Shown: in pieces, positions 28,854 to 39,408 of the stretch
Layout of the letters: each line of letters starts with the position of its first letter
How positions within the stretch are numbered: the stretch's first letter is position 1
DNA from: Methyloprofundus sp.
GTDB lineage: Bacteria; Pseudomonadota; Gammaproteobacteria; Methylococcales; Methylomonadaceae
Direction of reading: 5' to 3'
NCBI GenBank assembly: GCA_013138595.1
Contig: WTCM01000074.1
Span: 1-61,301 of the forward strand
Length of the DNA stretch: 61,301 bases
Made by a program: the position numbers and the translations under genes
Notes under the pieces: generated by a model
The model's input: the letters and a program-made list of their open reading frames with translations, nothing else
Database searches by the model: none
Told to the model about the DNA's origin: nothing

Positions 28854-30052
28854 ATAGGCAGTGACGCTTGTTGCTTTTTTTGTTGGGATAAATGCGCTTC
28901 AATATTGTTTTTATTTAATTTTATACCTACCGCTGCTGATTGATTCGTAGTGCAATCAGCCCCCGCAAGCATATCGGCTAACATCAATTCGCCTAGACCA
29001 GACTTATAGTGAGCTGGTTCCCAAAACCAACCCAACTGAGTTGTTTTGCTATGTTTTTGAGGAACTGGGGATAGCGTATATTTTGAATATAATGAAAAGT
29101 CCCATAAATCGACCTTTCCATTTGAATACTCCTCTACTACAGCCGTTAAGCGACGCTTAAAGCTTTCAAATTCGCCCCAATACCCTGAAGTACGAATTTC
29201 TTCCAAATAAGTGTAATGATAAGGGTTAATAAAAAGTGTTAAGTGAATATTCTTATCAGCACTTAATTGTAATACCCTTTTTATGCCCTCTAGTTCTGTT
29301 GACCATTTATCGGCATCGTAAATGTTTAACCCAGTTTTCTCAAAACGCTTTTTTAACTCTTTTTGTTTTTGCTCAAACAGTATCCACGCGCCTTCGTGTT
29401 GAATAATTTCCTGATAGTCTCTTGCGGGGTTAAAGCCTAAGACGGTGCGGTTAATACTATTTTTTGACTGCAACATTAGAGTTGAAATACTATCATTCAG
29501 TGCATTAAGCGAGAACAGTGCAGAGGCATAGTCAATTATCTTATTTTGATTATAACTCGGGTTCTTCTTAAGTTGCTCGTCAACAAGCAGGCGGTTAAAA
29601 AACTCACTGTTTTGAGCGGACCAATAAGTGTTCTTCGGTTTTGTATGCAGAGTTAAAAAATCAGCAAAATCAACAGCAAGCAGTATATTTTTAACAGAAT
29701 TTGTGGCAATAGCATGATATAAGGCACGCACTTGCCCATAACTTGATGAGCCTGGGAAAGTCAGGTTGTAGACTGTGCCATACTCCGTTGGCCAGCAACT
29801 TGATTCAGGATCTAGCCCCATTTCTGGGCGAGAATTTCCTACAATCAGTGTTTTGGGTTGAATAGTGGTTACATTGTAGGGTTTATAGAGTTTGGAGCGA
29901 TTAGCAGCGGCAATTTTTTTGTCATTAAAACCTTCAATACGCGGTGACTGAAAAATCATATAGGGGTCAATACTATAATTAATCAATGCCAATAAAGAAC
30001 TTATTAAGATTAAAAAACAAAAAAATAAAGAGGAATAGGCTTTAATCGACAT
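28817..30052 (-). CDS. MBOAT-associated periplasmic protein (SGNH/DltD-like)
   Basis: N-terminal TM plus IDPY; GNSR, LFINPYH, LWDFS and FWEPAHY motifs. Likely ATG at 30052. Confidence 0.7.
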   Translation of the reverse strand: MSIKAYSSLFFCFLILISSLLALINYSIDPYMIFQSPRIEGFNDKKIAAANRSKLYKPYNVTTIQPKTLIVGNSRPEMGLDPESSCWPTEYGTVYNLTFPGSSSYGQVRALYHAIATNSVKNILLAVDFADFLTLHTKPKNTYWSAQNSEFFNRLLVDEQLKKNPSYNQNKIIDYASALFSLNALNDSISTLMLQSKNSINRTVLGFNPARDYQEIIQHEGAWILFEQKQKELKKRFEKTGLNIYDADKWSTELEGIKRVLQLSADKNIHLTLFINPYHYTYLEEIRTSGYWGEFESFKRRLTAVVEEYSNGKVDLWDFSLYSKYTLSPVPQKHSKTTQLGWFWEPAHYKSGLGELMLADMLAGADCTTNQSAAVGIKLNKNNIEAHLSQQKKQQASLPIKERAWNNIPKL

Positions 30053-30056
30053 AGCT

Positions 30057-31637
30057 TTAAAATTGAAAGTAAAGGAATTCGGATACACGGGTTAGCCCAA
30101 ATAAGGCAATGACCAGAGTAAAGGCCATAATAAATGCCGAAAATCCATTAAAACGAAAGCTAAAAAAGTTTGGAAAAATACCTTTATCAAAAATAGCATT
30201 ACCTTGCTCTAAGGGGCTTGAATCAGAAAATAGTTTCATTATCTGTTGTGTATTTGGCATAAACATAACTACAAAGAGCAGCCCTAATACCCATAGATAA
30301 GTAAAAATAAACTGTACTCCACCGCCAATATAGCTGCTTATGCCTAGTTCTGTTAATGTATTAGCAATGCTTCCTAAGCGAGCAAATATGGCATTAGGAA
30401 TGGCGATGCCATTAAAGCCATACATACCTTTCAGTATTGCCATTGCTGAACTTAGTGTAGTCGCTCTAAAAAGCACCCATGCATTGATTACCGCAACAAA
30501 AGTGACTAACCAACAAAATCCGCGCCACAGGCGTTTTCCTTGCAAGAATTCTAACTTAGCTTGTTTTTCTATAAATTTCCACGCATGGTTAATCATTAAA
30601 TAGCACCCATGCAGCCCACCCCACAGCATAAATGTCCAGCCTGCGCCATGCCACAAACCACCGAGCAACATGGTGGTAAATAAATTGATATAACGGCGGG
30701 CATTGCCTTTACGGTTACCCCCTAAAGCAAAGTAAACATAATCACGTAAAAAGCGTGACAAAGTCATGTGCCAGCGTCTCCAGAACTCAATAATGCTTAG
30801 AGATTTGTAAGGAGAGGCAAAATTAATGGGTAGCCGAATACCAAACATTCTAGCAATACCGATGGCCATATCTGAATACCCTGAGAAATCAAAATAAAGC
30901 TGGAAAGTATAAGCGAGAGCACCTCCCCAAGCGACAAAAAAGGAGATAGGTTCACCTGTCAGCGCGGTATTAAAAACAGGAGAGGCATATTGTGCGACAC
31001 CATCAGCGAGTACCAATTTCTTAAATAAGCCTAAGCTAAAGATAGTGATACCTACCATGACACTTTCTAATTGTGGCTTTAGGTTGTCCAATTGCATAAA
31101 TTGGGGCAACATTTCTTTATGATGCACGATAGGTCCCGCAATAAGTTGCGGAAAAAAGCTTACAAATAGGACGTAATGAGAAAATTTAAACTCTTCTGTA
31201 ATACCTTTATAAGAGTCAATAAGATAGGCAAGTTGCTGAAAAGTAAAAAAAGAAATCGCTAAGGGAAGAATGATTTGGCTAAACTGAGTATCTAGCCCAA
31301 AAAGTTGATTGCTAACATCAATAATAAAATTCGTATATTTAAAGTAGCCAAGTAAGCCTAAGTTAAAAATAATGCCATAAATCAAGAGTAGTTTAGCTTG
31401 TTGAATATTCCCTACTTTTCGACGGCGAACAATAGTCTCGCCAATAAGGTAATTAATAACGATAGAAAAGAGTATGAGGACTAAATAAAGAGGGTTCCAC
31501 CAGCCATAAAAAAACAAGGAGGCGAGAGCTAAAAAATTAATGGCTATTTCACCATTTTTGTATTTAGCAATTAAAAAATAAGTAATAAAGGTAACGGGTA
31601 GGAATGCAAAAATAAATATATAGGAATTAAACAGCAT
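30057..31637 (-). CDS. MBOAT family O-acyltransferase (AlgI/DltB-like)
   Basis: MLFNS..F, PLAISFFTFQ, FFPQLIAGPI, DFSGYSDMAIG, FWRRWHMTLS, GLWHGA and EFLYFQF. Confidence 0.95.
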   Translation of the reverse strand: MLFNSYIFIFAFLPVTFITYFLIAKYKNGEIAINFLALASLFFYGWWNPLYLVLILFSIVINYLIGETIVRRRKVGNIQQAKLLLIYGIIFNLGLLGYFKYTNFIIDVSNQLFGLDTQFSQIILPLAISFFTFQQLAYLIDSYKGITEEFKFSHYVLFVSFFPQLIAGPIVHHKEMLPQFMQLDNLKPQLESVMVGITIFSLGLFKKLVLADGVAQYASPVFNTALTGEPISFFVAWGGALAYTFQLYFDFSGYSDMAIGIARMFGIRLPINFASPYKSLSIIEFWRRWHMTLSRFLRDYVYFALGGNRKGNARRYINLFTTMLLGGLWHGAGWTFMLWGGLHGCYLMINHAWKFIEKQAKLEFLQGKRLWRGFCWLVTFVAVINAWVLFRATTLSSAMAILKGMYGFNGIAIPNAIFARLGSIANTLTELGISSYIGGGVQFIFTYLWVLGLLFVVMFMPNTQQIMKLFSDSSPLEQGNAIFDKGIFPNFFSFRFNGFSAFIMAFTLVIALFGLTRVSEFLYFQF

Positions 31638-31945
31638 ATTTTATTTCCAGTACTTTAGATGATTTCTGTTAAAGATTGGTTCAGTTTCCCTAAAATTTTA
31701 CCAAGCGTGTGCGCGTAAAATAAGCAATCAATATCTGACAACGTTTTTTCGGCAAAAAATATTTGTGCTGGGAATACTGGGTATTTACAAAGGGGCAATA
31801 GGATGACTAAGGAATGAAGATATAGCTGGCTGGAGTGATAGCTTTAGCGATTAACTCCAGCATTTTGCTTTATGTTTTTGTGCACCGTGTTAAGTTCTTA
31901 GTCGATAAAGACATCCTAACAGTTAGTCTGTTTCATCAAAAGTAT

Positions 31946-32010
31946 TAAGGAGCGTGCATGAAATAAGCTCCCGTTATAATGTCGGGGTGTTATTCCATGC
32001 ACATTCCTAA
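31946..32010. mobile_element. Short MITE-like imperfect palindrome directly after deaD
   Basis: TAAGGAGCGTGCATGAAATAA...TTATTCCATGCACATTCCTAA. Confidence 0.6.
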
Positions 32011-32015
32011 AGAAC

Positions 32016-33800
32016 TTAAGAAGGTTTACTTCTACGTGGTTTTCTACGTGGTTTTTTATCCGTCCTAGACTCACTACGACGTGATTCTTTAACTTGTCTA
32101 GGCACTTCACCTTCTTTCACTTCTGCAATACTAAGCTTCTGCCCGGCAACGTGTGTACCTTGTAAGCCTTGAAAAACTTCAGCTGGCATGCCTTTAGGTA
32201 AATCGACAATACTAAAATCAGCATGCATATCAATCTGCCCAATTTCTTTACCGCTTAAACCTGCTTCATTAGCAATGGCTCCAACAATATTACCGGGTTT
32301 TGCACCATGATCTTTACCCACTTCAATACGGTAACGTTGCATATCATCTTGCATACCTGTGCCGCCTTTACGACGTACAGAATCGCGTCCACGATCACGG
32401 TCATTACGATCACGATCACGACCACGGTCATTGCGATCGCGGTCACGCCCACTACGTTCTTTTGTTTTAGCAGGTTTTTTCAGCAATAAAGGCTCATCAC
32501 CTTGAACTAATTTTGCTAAAGCAGCCGCGATTTCATTAACAGGAATATCATGCTCAGCTTCATATTGCTCAATGATTTTATGAAAGAACTCTAAGCCTTC
32601 AGCGGCAATCGTATCGGTAATTTGTTGTTTAAAACGATCAACACGTTTATCGTTAATCATTTCAGTGGATGGCATTTCCATCAACTCGATACGTTGTTTA
32701 GTCGCGCGTTCAATCGCACTTAACATACGTTTTTCACGAGGTGCAACAAATAAAATCGCATCTCCAGTTCTACCTGCACGACCTGTACGACCAATACGAT
32801 GCACATAAGCTTCAGTATCGTAAGGAATGTCGTAGTTAATTACGTGGCTGATACGCTGTACATCTAATCCACGTGCCGCAACATCAGTCGCCACTAGAAT
32901 ATCTAACTTACCATTTTTAAGTTTAGCAATGGTTTTTTCACGTTGATTCTGTGCTAAATCACCATTAATCGCCGCCGCTGAAAAACCACGTGCTTCTAAT
33001 TTTTCTGCAAGTTCAATAGTTGAGTTTTTAGTGCGCACGAAAATAATCATGCCATCAAAAGTTTCAGCTTCTAAGATACGAGTTAAGGCATCTAGCTTAT
33101 GCATACCACTCACTGTCCAGTAACGCTGACGAATCGTTTCTGCAGTGGTGGTTTTTACTTTAATCGTGACGTGCTCAGGCTCGCGCAAATAGTTATTCGC
33201 AATACGGCGAATAGCGGTGGGCATAGTCGCTGAAAATAGTGCGATTTGACGTTGCTCAGGAAGCTGGTCTAAAACCCATTCCACATCATCAATAAAACCC
33301 ATGCGTAACATTTCATCGGCTTCATCTAACACCAGACACGTTAAATTCTGGAGTTTTAACGTCCCTTTACGCATATGATCCATAACCCGACCAGGCGTAC
33401 CGACAACAACATGTGCGCCGCGACGTAACATACGCAATTGCCCAGAGTAATCTTGTCCACCGTAAATAGGCGCAACATGAAAACCTTTTAGGTGTTTTGC
33501 ATAAGTTTGAAAAGCTTCAGCCACCTGTATGGCAAGTTCACGTGTAGGCGCAAGGACTAATACTTGTGGATCTTTTTGTGATAAATCTAATTTAGACAGT
33601 AGAGGTAAGGCAAACGCGGCTGTTTTACCTGTTCCAGTTTGTGCTTGTCCAAGCACATCTTTTCCCTCTAAAATCAGTGGAATAGTGAGTGCTTGTATGG
33701 GGGAGGGGCTTTCATAGCCTACTTCATCTAAGCCTTTTAATAGCGGGTCGATGAGGTTTAATTCGGAGAATTTTGGAAGTGAAGATACTTCGGAAGTCAT
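32016..33800 (-). CDS. deaD: DEAD-box RNA helicase DeaD/CsdA
   Basis: AQTGTGKT, PTRELA, DEAD, SAT and HRIGRTGRAG; DbpA-type C-terminal domain. Confidence 0.95.
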   Translation of the reverse strand: MTSEVSSLPKFSELNLIDPLLKGLDEVGYESPSPIQALTIPLILEGKDVLGQAQTGTGKTAAFALPLLSKLDLSQKDPQVLVLAPTRELAIQVAEAFQTYAKHLKGFHVAPIYGGQDYSGQLRMLRRGAHVVVGTPGRVMDHMRKGTLKLQNLTCLVLDEADEMLRMGFIDDVEWVLDQLPEQRQIALFSATMPTAIRRIANNYLREPEHVTIKVKTTTAETIRQRYWTVSGMHKLDALTRILEAETFDGMIIFVRTKNSTIELAEKLEARGFSAAAINGDLAQNQREKTIAKLKNGKLDILVATDVAARGLDVQRISHVINYDIPYDTEAYVHRIGRTGRAGRTGDAILFVAPREKRMLSAIERATKQRIELMEMPSTEMINDKRVDRFKQQITDTIAAEGLEFFHKIIEQYEAEHDIPVNEIAAALAKLVQGDEPLLLKKPAKTKERSGRDRDRNDRGRDRDRNDRDRGRDSVRRKGGTGMQDDMQRYRIEVGKDHGAKPGNIVGAIANEAGLSGKEIGQIDMHADFSIVDLPKGMPAEVFQGLQGTHVAGQKLSIAEVKEGEVPRQVKESRRSESRTDKKPRRKPRRSKPS

Positions 33801-33976
33801 TAAGTGTTCCTAAACGCTTGGTAACATTACAATTAATGTGACCAGATATAAAAAAATATTTGCACTATAATACCCTACATACCCTTTTTTTGCGCGGCTT
33901 ATTCAATAACATACTGTTTATATACGTTATACAGTCTTAATAGCCTTACGTTTGCTCCCTGAACACGGAACCTTAA

Positions 33977-35986
33977 ATGCCCTCTAGCATCAAGCCTTTA
34001 GAAAACAATAACGCGCTTTTAGCCTTCGCATTATGGAGTGTTATTTGTCTCTTGCTTTTTATTGTTTATTGGCCAAGTTTACACGGTCCTTTGGTGTTTG
34101 ATGATATACAAAATATAGTCAAAAACCCTTTTGTGGCCATTAATGACCTTTCTTTTGCTTCTTTAGAAAAAGCAGCATCCTCAAATAATAGCGGACTTTT
34201 TAAACGTGTTTTGCCCGCTTTATCATTTGGGGTTAATCATTATATGGCGGGTGGATTTACGGCAACGCTGGCCTTTAAGCTCACTAATCTCCTCGTACAT
34301 ATTATTAATAGTGGCTTAGTTATGTGCTTGGTTTTTTTATTATGGCCACGCTTTAAGTTCCCTCAGGTATTTTCTAAAACACAAAGTATGGCACTTTTTT
34401 TGATTGTTTTACTTTGGGCGCTACATCCTTTACATGTGAGTACGGTTGCTTATGTGGTACAACGCATGACAAGTATGGCGGCTAGTTTTGTTTTATTAGG
34501 GCTATGTCTGTTTGTTTATGGGCGCAATATTTTGCCGCAGAAGATGACGCGTGGTTTCGTTTATATGGCAATGGGGGTTATCTTAGGGACTTTGCTGGGT
34601 TTATTGAGCAAAGAAAATGCGGCACTGGTGAGTTGTTATGCGGCGGTGATTGAATTTAGCCTCTATAGTCGTCAAGCGCTTAATAAAGGCCAGCGCCGGG
34701 GCTTATATGCTTTTTATAGTTTTTTTGTGCTAATCCCTATTTGTTTAGTGCTTTTTTACTATTTTGTTTCCCCAGGAAATTTAATGGCCTCTTTTGGGCT
34801 TAGGGATTTTTCTCTAGGCGAACGCTTATGGACAGAGTCACGCGTTTTGTGGTTTTACCTATCCTTGCTGGTGTATCCTGACATCACCACGATGGGCTTG
34901 TTTCATGACGATATTGTGATTAGTCGTGAGTGGATGCAGCCTATTTCAACGTTGGTTTCTGTGTTGAGCTGGTTGCTCATGTTGATTGCTGCATTTGTAT
35001 TGCGGCATAAGCTTCCTGTGTTTACCTTTGCTGTATTGTGGTTTTTGCTCGGTCATAGTATGGAGTCTTCTTTTCTGCCCTTAGAGCTAGTGTATGAACA
35101 TAGAAATTACTTGCCAAGTCTAGGCATTATTATTTTGGGTGTTTATCTGCTGATGCAAGCGGCTAGTGCTTTTCTTAACCAGTCTCGATTAAGCCACTAT
35201 ATCGGTATCGCTATGACAGGCTTGCTTGTTTTGAGTGTTTTGCTGATAACATGGACGCGAGCCACTTATTGGGAGAGTGAAAAAAATCTATTTACCAGTA
35301 TTGGTGAAAACCATCCTGATTCAGCGATTAGTCAATATTTGTATGCTGAAGTGCTGTTTAAAACAGAGAAAAAACCCCTGCAAGCTTATCCGCATTATTT
35401 TAGAGCGGCAGAGCTTAACCCTGTTGAAGTGTCTTATCTGATTATGGCGGTCTTGACGGCGCCAGTTGATGTGATTAAGGGCTTACAGCCCCCCGAGTTA
35501 AAACAAAAATTTTCAAATGCACATATTGTAGATTTGATTTTGCATAAATCTTTAAGCCCGTGGTCGTTAACCATTTTTGAGGCAGCAGGTCAGTGTGTTA
35601 TATCAAGGCATGCGCATTGCTTGGTGCATATTCCTGATGTGATGGTTTGGTTAGAAGCGGTGATGGTTAGCCCCTATGTGAATCAACGTTACAAAAGAAA
35701 ATATCGGCAGCAGCTTTATGCGGTGCAGATGATGGGCGGGCAGTATGAAGCTGCTTTAAAAACGATACTTGCGGCGATAGCAGCAGATGGTCGGGCATTT
35801 CAGTATTATTTAAAACAAGCGAATACTTTACAGGCCTTAGGGCGATATAGGGAAGCCTTAACGCTACTCAAAGAAGCGGAAAGAGGGGTGCGTGGTAGAC
35901 GTGCGGATTTGTTACAGCAAGTGCAGTCTATGCAAAGACAGATTTTAGTGAAATATAATGTTCAGCAGAAAAAACAACAGCGATAA
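33977..35986 (+). CDS. TMTC-like GT-C membrane glycosyltransferase with C-terminal TPR-like helices
   Basis: VFDD after TM1, LHPL, V.YVVQR, SKEN and EHRNYLPS; many TMs followed by a helical tail. Confidence 0.75.
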   Translation: MPSSIKPLENNNALLAFALWSVICLLLFIVYWPSLHGPLVFDDIQNIVKNPFVAINDLSFASLEKAASSNNSGLFKRVLPALSFGVNHYMAGGFTATLAFKLTNLLVHIINSGLVMCLVFLLWPRFKFPQVFSKTQSMALFLIVLLWALHPLHVSTVAYVVQRMTSMAASFVLLGLCLFVYGRNILPQKMTRGFVYMAMGVILGTLLGLLSKENAALVSCYAAVIEFSLYSRQALNKGQRRGLYAFYSFFVLIPICLVLFYYFVSPGNLMASFGLRDFSLGERLWTESRVLWFYLSLLVYPDITTMGLFHDDIVISREWMQPISTLVSVLSWLLMLIAAFVLRHKLPVFTFAVLWFLLGHSMESSFLPLELVYEHRNYLPSLGIIILGVYLLMQAASAFLNQSRLSHYIGIAMTGLLVLSVLLITWTRATYWESEKNLFTSIGENHPDSAISQYLYAEVLFKTEKKPLQAYPHYFRAAELNPVEVSYLIMAVLTAPVDVIKGLQPPELKQKFSNAHIVDLILHKSLSPWSLTIFEAAGQCVISRHAHCLVHIPDVMVWLEAVMVSPYVNQRYKRKYRQQLYAVQMMGGQYEAALKTILAAIAADGRAFQYYLKQANTLQALGRYREALTLLKEAERGVRGRRADLLQQVQSMQRQILVKYNVQQKKQQR

Positions 35987-36012
35987 TACCAAAGAAAGGG
36001 AATGGAACAATT

Positions 36013-37320
36013 ATGCAAAAAAAAACTTCTGAAAGATCATATAAAGATTTAATCATTACTTTTGGACCTGCTGCGCTATTACTGATTGCGGGTTTTTGGC
36101 TAGCCTCACAATTTATTGCCCCATCCCCCCCTAAAAAAATTGTGATATCCACAGGGTCGGAGCAGGGCAGTTATTTCAAAGTTGCACAATATTATCGGCA
36201 AGCACTTGCTGAAGAAGGGATTGATTTAGAAATTCTAACTTCGGCGGGTTCAGGAGAAAATATTAAACGCTTATTAAATAAGCAAGTGGATATTGCATTT
36301 GTGCAAGGTGGAATAGGCGATAATGAAGCGTCGCTAATGTCCTTGGGGAGCTTATATTATGAACCGCTATGGTTATTTGTAAAAAAAGAGCTAATAGTTG
36401 AGACGCTTGCTGATATCACTGCACTTAAGATTAGCGTAGGAGAAGAGGGCAGTGGTACGCAAAGTTTGGCAAAGCAATTACTTGCCTTAAATCATATTGA
36501 TATTGCAAGTACACAGTTATTATTGACTCCAACGGCAACGGCAATTAAAGCACTGGTGGAAGAAAATATTGAGGGTTTGTTTATTGTTGCTTCTGAAAGA
36601 TCAGACCTAGTGAAAGAACTATTAGCGAATGAGCAATTAAAGCTTATTAATATACGTAGAGCTGATAGTTATATCAAATTACTGCCTTTCCTATCCAAAG
36701 TAACCGTACCTGAAGGGATTTTTAGTTTAGAGAATAACTCCCCTCCAGAAGCGCTGACTTTACTTGCACCTACGGTAAATTTAGTGGTTGATGAGGACTT
36801 TAATCCTGCTTTAATGATTTTATTGTTGCGTGCGGCAGATAAAATTCATTCTAAAGCGAGCGTTTTTGCAGAGGAAAGCAGGTTTCCATCCAGTGAACTT
36901 AATAGCTATCCTTTAGATGGTGTTGCAAAGCGGTTTTATAAAGTGGGCTCGCCATTTTTAATGCGCTACTTGCCTTTTTGGCCCGCTGTTTTTATTGACC
37001 GTATGATGGTGATGTTAGTGCCGTTATTAATGCTAATGATTCCCTTGAGTAAGATTATGCCGGGCTTATATCGCTGGAGAATACGCTCTAGGATCTATCG
37101 TTGGTATAAAGGTCTACAAGAAATAACCGATGAACTTGCTGAAGAGACTTTAACGGCAGAGGAGTTAGGGTATTTGCAAGAAAAAATAAGTTTGATAGAT
37201 AGAGAGGTTAATAAGGAAAACCCACCACTGTCGTATGCCGATCAGCTGTATAATTTATTATTACATATTGATTTAGTACGTAAAAAGTTGGATACCGTGC
37301 AGAATAAGTTGAGTGTCTAG
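36013..37320 (+). CDS. TAXI-family solute-binding protein with C-terminal TM
   Basis: TG...GSY, SAGS.EN, FVQGG, LYYEPLW, G..GSGT and YRW...SRIYRWY. Confidence 0.85.
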   Translation: MQKKTSERSYKDLIITFGPAALLLIAGFWLASQFIAPSPPKKIVISTGSEQGSYFKVAQYYRQALAEEGIDLEILTSAGSGENIKRLLNKQVDIAFVQGGIGDNEASLMSLGSLYYEPLWLFVKKELIVETLADITALKISVGEEGSGTQSLAKQLLALNHIDIASTQLLLTPTATAIKALVEENIEGLFIVASERSDLVKELLANEQLKLINIRRADSYIKLLPFLSKVTVPEGIFSLENNSPPEALTLLAPTVNLVVDEDFNPALMILLLRAADKIHSKASVFAEESRFPSSELNSYPLDGVAKRFYKVGSPFLMRYLPFWPAVFIDRMMVMLVPLLMLMIPLSKIMPGLYRWRIRSRIYRWYKGLQEITDELAEETLTAEELGYLQEKISLIDREVNKENPPLSYADQLYNLLLHIDLVRKKLDTVQNKLSV

Positions 37321-37661
37321 CGTGTATAGGCGTTCTTGTTTATAATGCGAGGCTGCGGTTTATGCGGTGAGTGTTCTGAATCCTAAGTGAATAAAACGGC
37401 GATATAAATAGTTGTTTATTTGCAACACGTTTTACCCTTGTTAATTTGTGGCTAAAATAGGCTTTTATGTTGAATGTTAGGATGTCGCTATTAGTCGCTG
37501 AAATATAAGGAAAAGAAAAATTTAAAAAATGCTGGTTTTGACTTGAAAGGAAGTGGCTTTACTGCTATTATTTTTAACGTACAATAAAAAAAAGTTGCAT
37601 AAAAGATACGAGTTGTTGTATTATTTGCACACATTAATCCAAAATACCCTCGGGGGGGACT

Positions 37662-38483
37662 ATGCTTAAGAAGACTAAAATAGTTGCAGCCACTGCGCTA
37701 GCCGTTACTGGTTTAGCTGCTGCACCGCAAGCAAGCGCTGATCAAATTTCTGATCTGAATGCTAGAATTTACAGATTAGAGCAACAAACAGCAGCTCCTG
37801 CTGTTAATGTTCAAGAAGTGACTAATTTGAATGCTAGAATGGCTGTGATTGAAGAGCAAGAAGCAATTCGTGCGACGCAAAAATCAGGTAATATGGTCTT
37901 CTTTCGCGGAGGTTACGCGAGAAATAGCGTCAATCGTTTCGGTGATATCTTAACGGATACAGCGGGTATTAGCGGTCAGAAAAATGGCGGCAAAGACGGT
38001 TGGTATGTGGGTGCTGGTTTTGACTTTAGCTTAAGTAATGACTTATTCGGTCTACATGACGGAACAGAAATTCTTGCAGAATTAATGTTCGAATACAAAG
38101 AATTTGATCGTGCAGAAATGGCGGCATCAGCATTACCTACAGTACTTAATTCAACTGTTGCAGGTACATTGACTGCTGGATCTGGCGCTGTGACTGTGAG
38201 TCAATTCACTTTGACAGCAGCACCAAAAATTAAATTTATGAAAGGTAGTCGTTTCAGACCTTGGATTATTCCTATGGGTTTCGCGCTACACGTAATCAGC
38301 CCTCCATCTGATGGTGTGACAGTATTAGATCCAGGTATGCACTTTGGTTTAGGTGCTGACTTCAGAGTTTGGAAAGATATTTATATCGGTGCTGATGCAC
38401 GTTATAACCTAACTTTCGGCGACTTAGATGGCGTTGATACTGAAGGTTTTACAGCAGGTGGATATGTTGGTATAGGCTTCTAA
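37662..38483 (+). CDS. Outer-membrane beta-barrel (porin-like) protein with N-terminal coiled coil
   Basis: Signal peptide (ASA-DQ), alternating beta-strands and terminal YVGIGF. Confidence 0.8.
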   Translation: MLKKTKIVAATALAVTGLAAAPQASADQISDLNARIYRLEQQTAAPAVNVQEVTNLNARMAVIEEQEAIRATQKSGNMVFFRGGYARNSVNRFGDILTDTAGISGQKNGGKDGWYVGAGFDFSLSNDLFGLHDGTEILAELMFEYKEFDRAEMAASALPTVLNSTVAGTLTAGSGAVTVSQFTLTAAPKIKFMKGSRFRPWIIPMGFALHVISPPSDGVTVLDPGMHFGLGADFRVWKDIYIGADARYNLTFGDLDGVDTEGFTAGGYVGIGF

Positions 38484-38509
38484 GAAGACTTATCAACAAG
38501 CACTTTGTT

Positions 38510-38539
38510 AAAAAGGGAAGAGTGATCTTCCCTTTTTTT
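38510..38539 (+). terminator. Intrinsic terminator
   Basis: AAAAGGGAAGA-GTGA-TCTTCCCTTTTTTT. Confidence 0.9.
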
Positions 38540-38620
38540 ATGCCTGAAAGAAAGTAAATTTAGTGTGGCGTGGTAAACTAGTCCGCTTTTATAAATGATT
38601 CTTATTCCTTTTAAATATTT

Positions 38621-39406
38621 ATGAGTAAAGTTTGGTTTGTTGGAGCAGGGCCCGGTGATCCTGAGCTAATCACGCTTAAAGCACAAAAATTAATTGCCCA
38701 AGCCGATGCTATTTTATATGCAGGCTCTTTGGTTTCGAGCGCGGCAACTCAATGGGCAAAGCCCAGTTGTGTTATTCAAGATTCTAAAGGCATGACTTTA
38801 GAGGAAATTACCGATTGGTTAATTTTGCATGCAGTCGAAGCGGCAACAGTGATACGCTTACAAACAGGGGATCCTGGTTTGTATGGTGCTTTGGTGGAAA
38901 TGGTACAGCCCTTAGATAAAGCAGGAATAGCAGTAGGCGTAGTGCCTGGGGTGACTTCGGCAATGGCATCTGCAGCGGCTGCGGTGGAAACTTTAACCTT
39001 ACCTGAAGTGACACAAACAGTAATTTTTAGTCGAGTGGAAGGCAGAACACCTATGCCTGAGGGAGAGTCTTTAACTGAGCTAGGACAGCATCACTGTACG
39101 CTTTGTTTATATCTCTCTATTACCTTACTGAAAAAAGTGCGCGAAGATTTGCTTGCTGCAGGTTGGCAAGATGAATCAGCGATTGTGGTGGTTTATAAAG
39201 CAAGCTGGCCCAATGAACAGCAAATTATTCATGGTACTTTGGCAACTATCAAAGAACAATGTAAGCAAGCGGGTATTAACTCGCAAGCGATGATTATTAT
39301 CAGCCCTGCTTTAGGTGCAAGACAATGGACAGAGCTGAAAAAATCTAAATTATACGATGCACAGTTTAGTCACCGTTTTCGTAAAGCAATTAAAACTCAG
39401 GAATAG
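38621..39406 (+). CDS. cbiF: (Cobalt-)precorrin-4 C11-methyltransferase
   Basis: VGAGPGDPELIT, LYAGSLV, RLQTGDP.LYG, LTLPEVTQTVI and YKASWP. Confidence 0.9.
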   Translation: MSKVWFVGAGPGDPELITLKAQKLIAQADAILYAGSLVSSAATQWAKPSCVIQDSKGMTLEEITDWLILHAVEAATVIRLQTGDPGLYGALVEMVQPLDKAGIAVGVVPGVTSAMASAAAAVETLTLPEVTQTVIFSRVEGRTPMPEGESLTELGQHHCTLCLYLSITLLKKVREDLLAAGWQDESAIVVVYKASWPNEQQIIHGTLATIKEQCKQAGINSQAMIIISPALGARQWTELKKSKLYDAQFSHRFRKAIKTQE

Positions 39407-39408
39407 TC

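Noticed and set aside
32385-32450. Short repeats in deaD
   Set aside because: They encode the ordinary Arg/Asp-rich linker of DeaD
38484-38620. Cobalamin riboswitch before cbiF
   Set aside because: The region is short, mostly terminator, and has no B12-box
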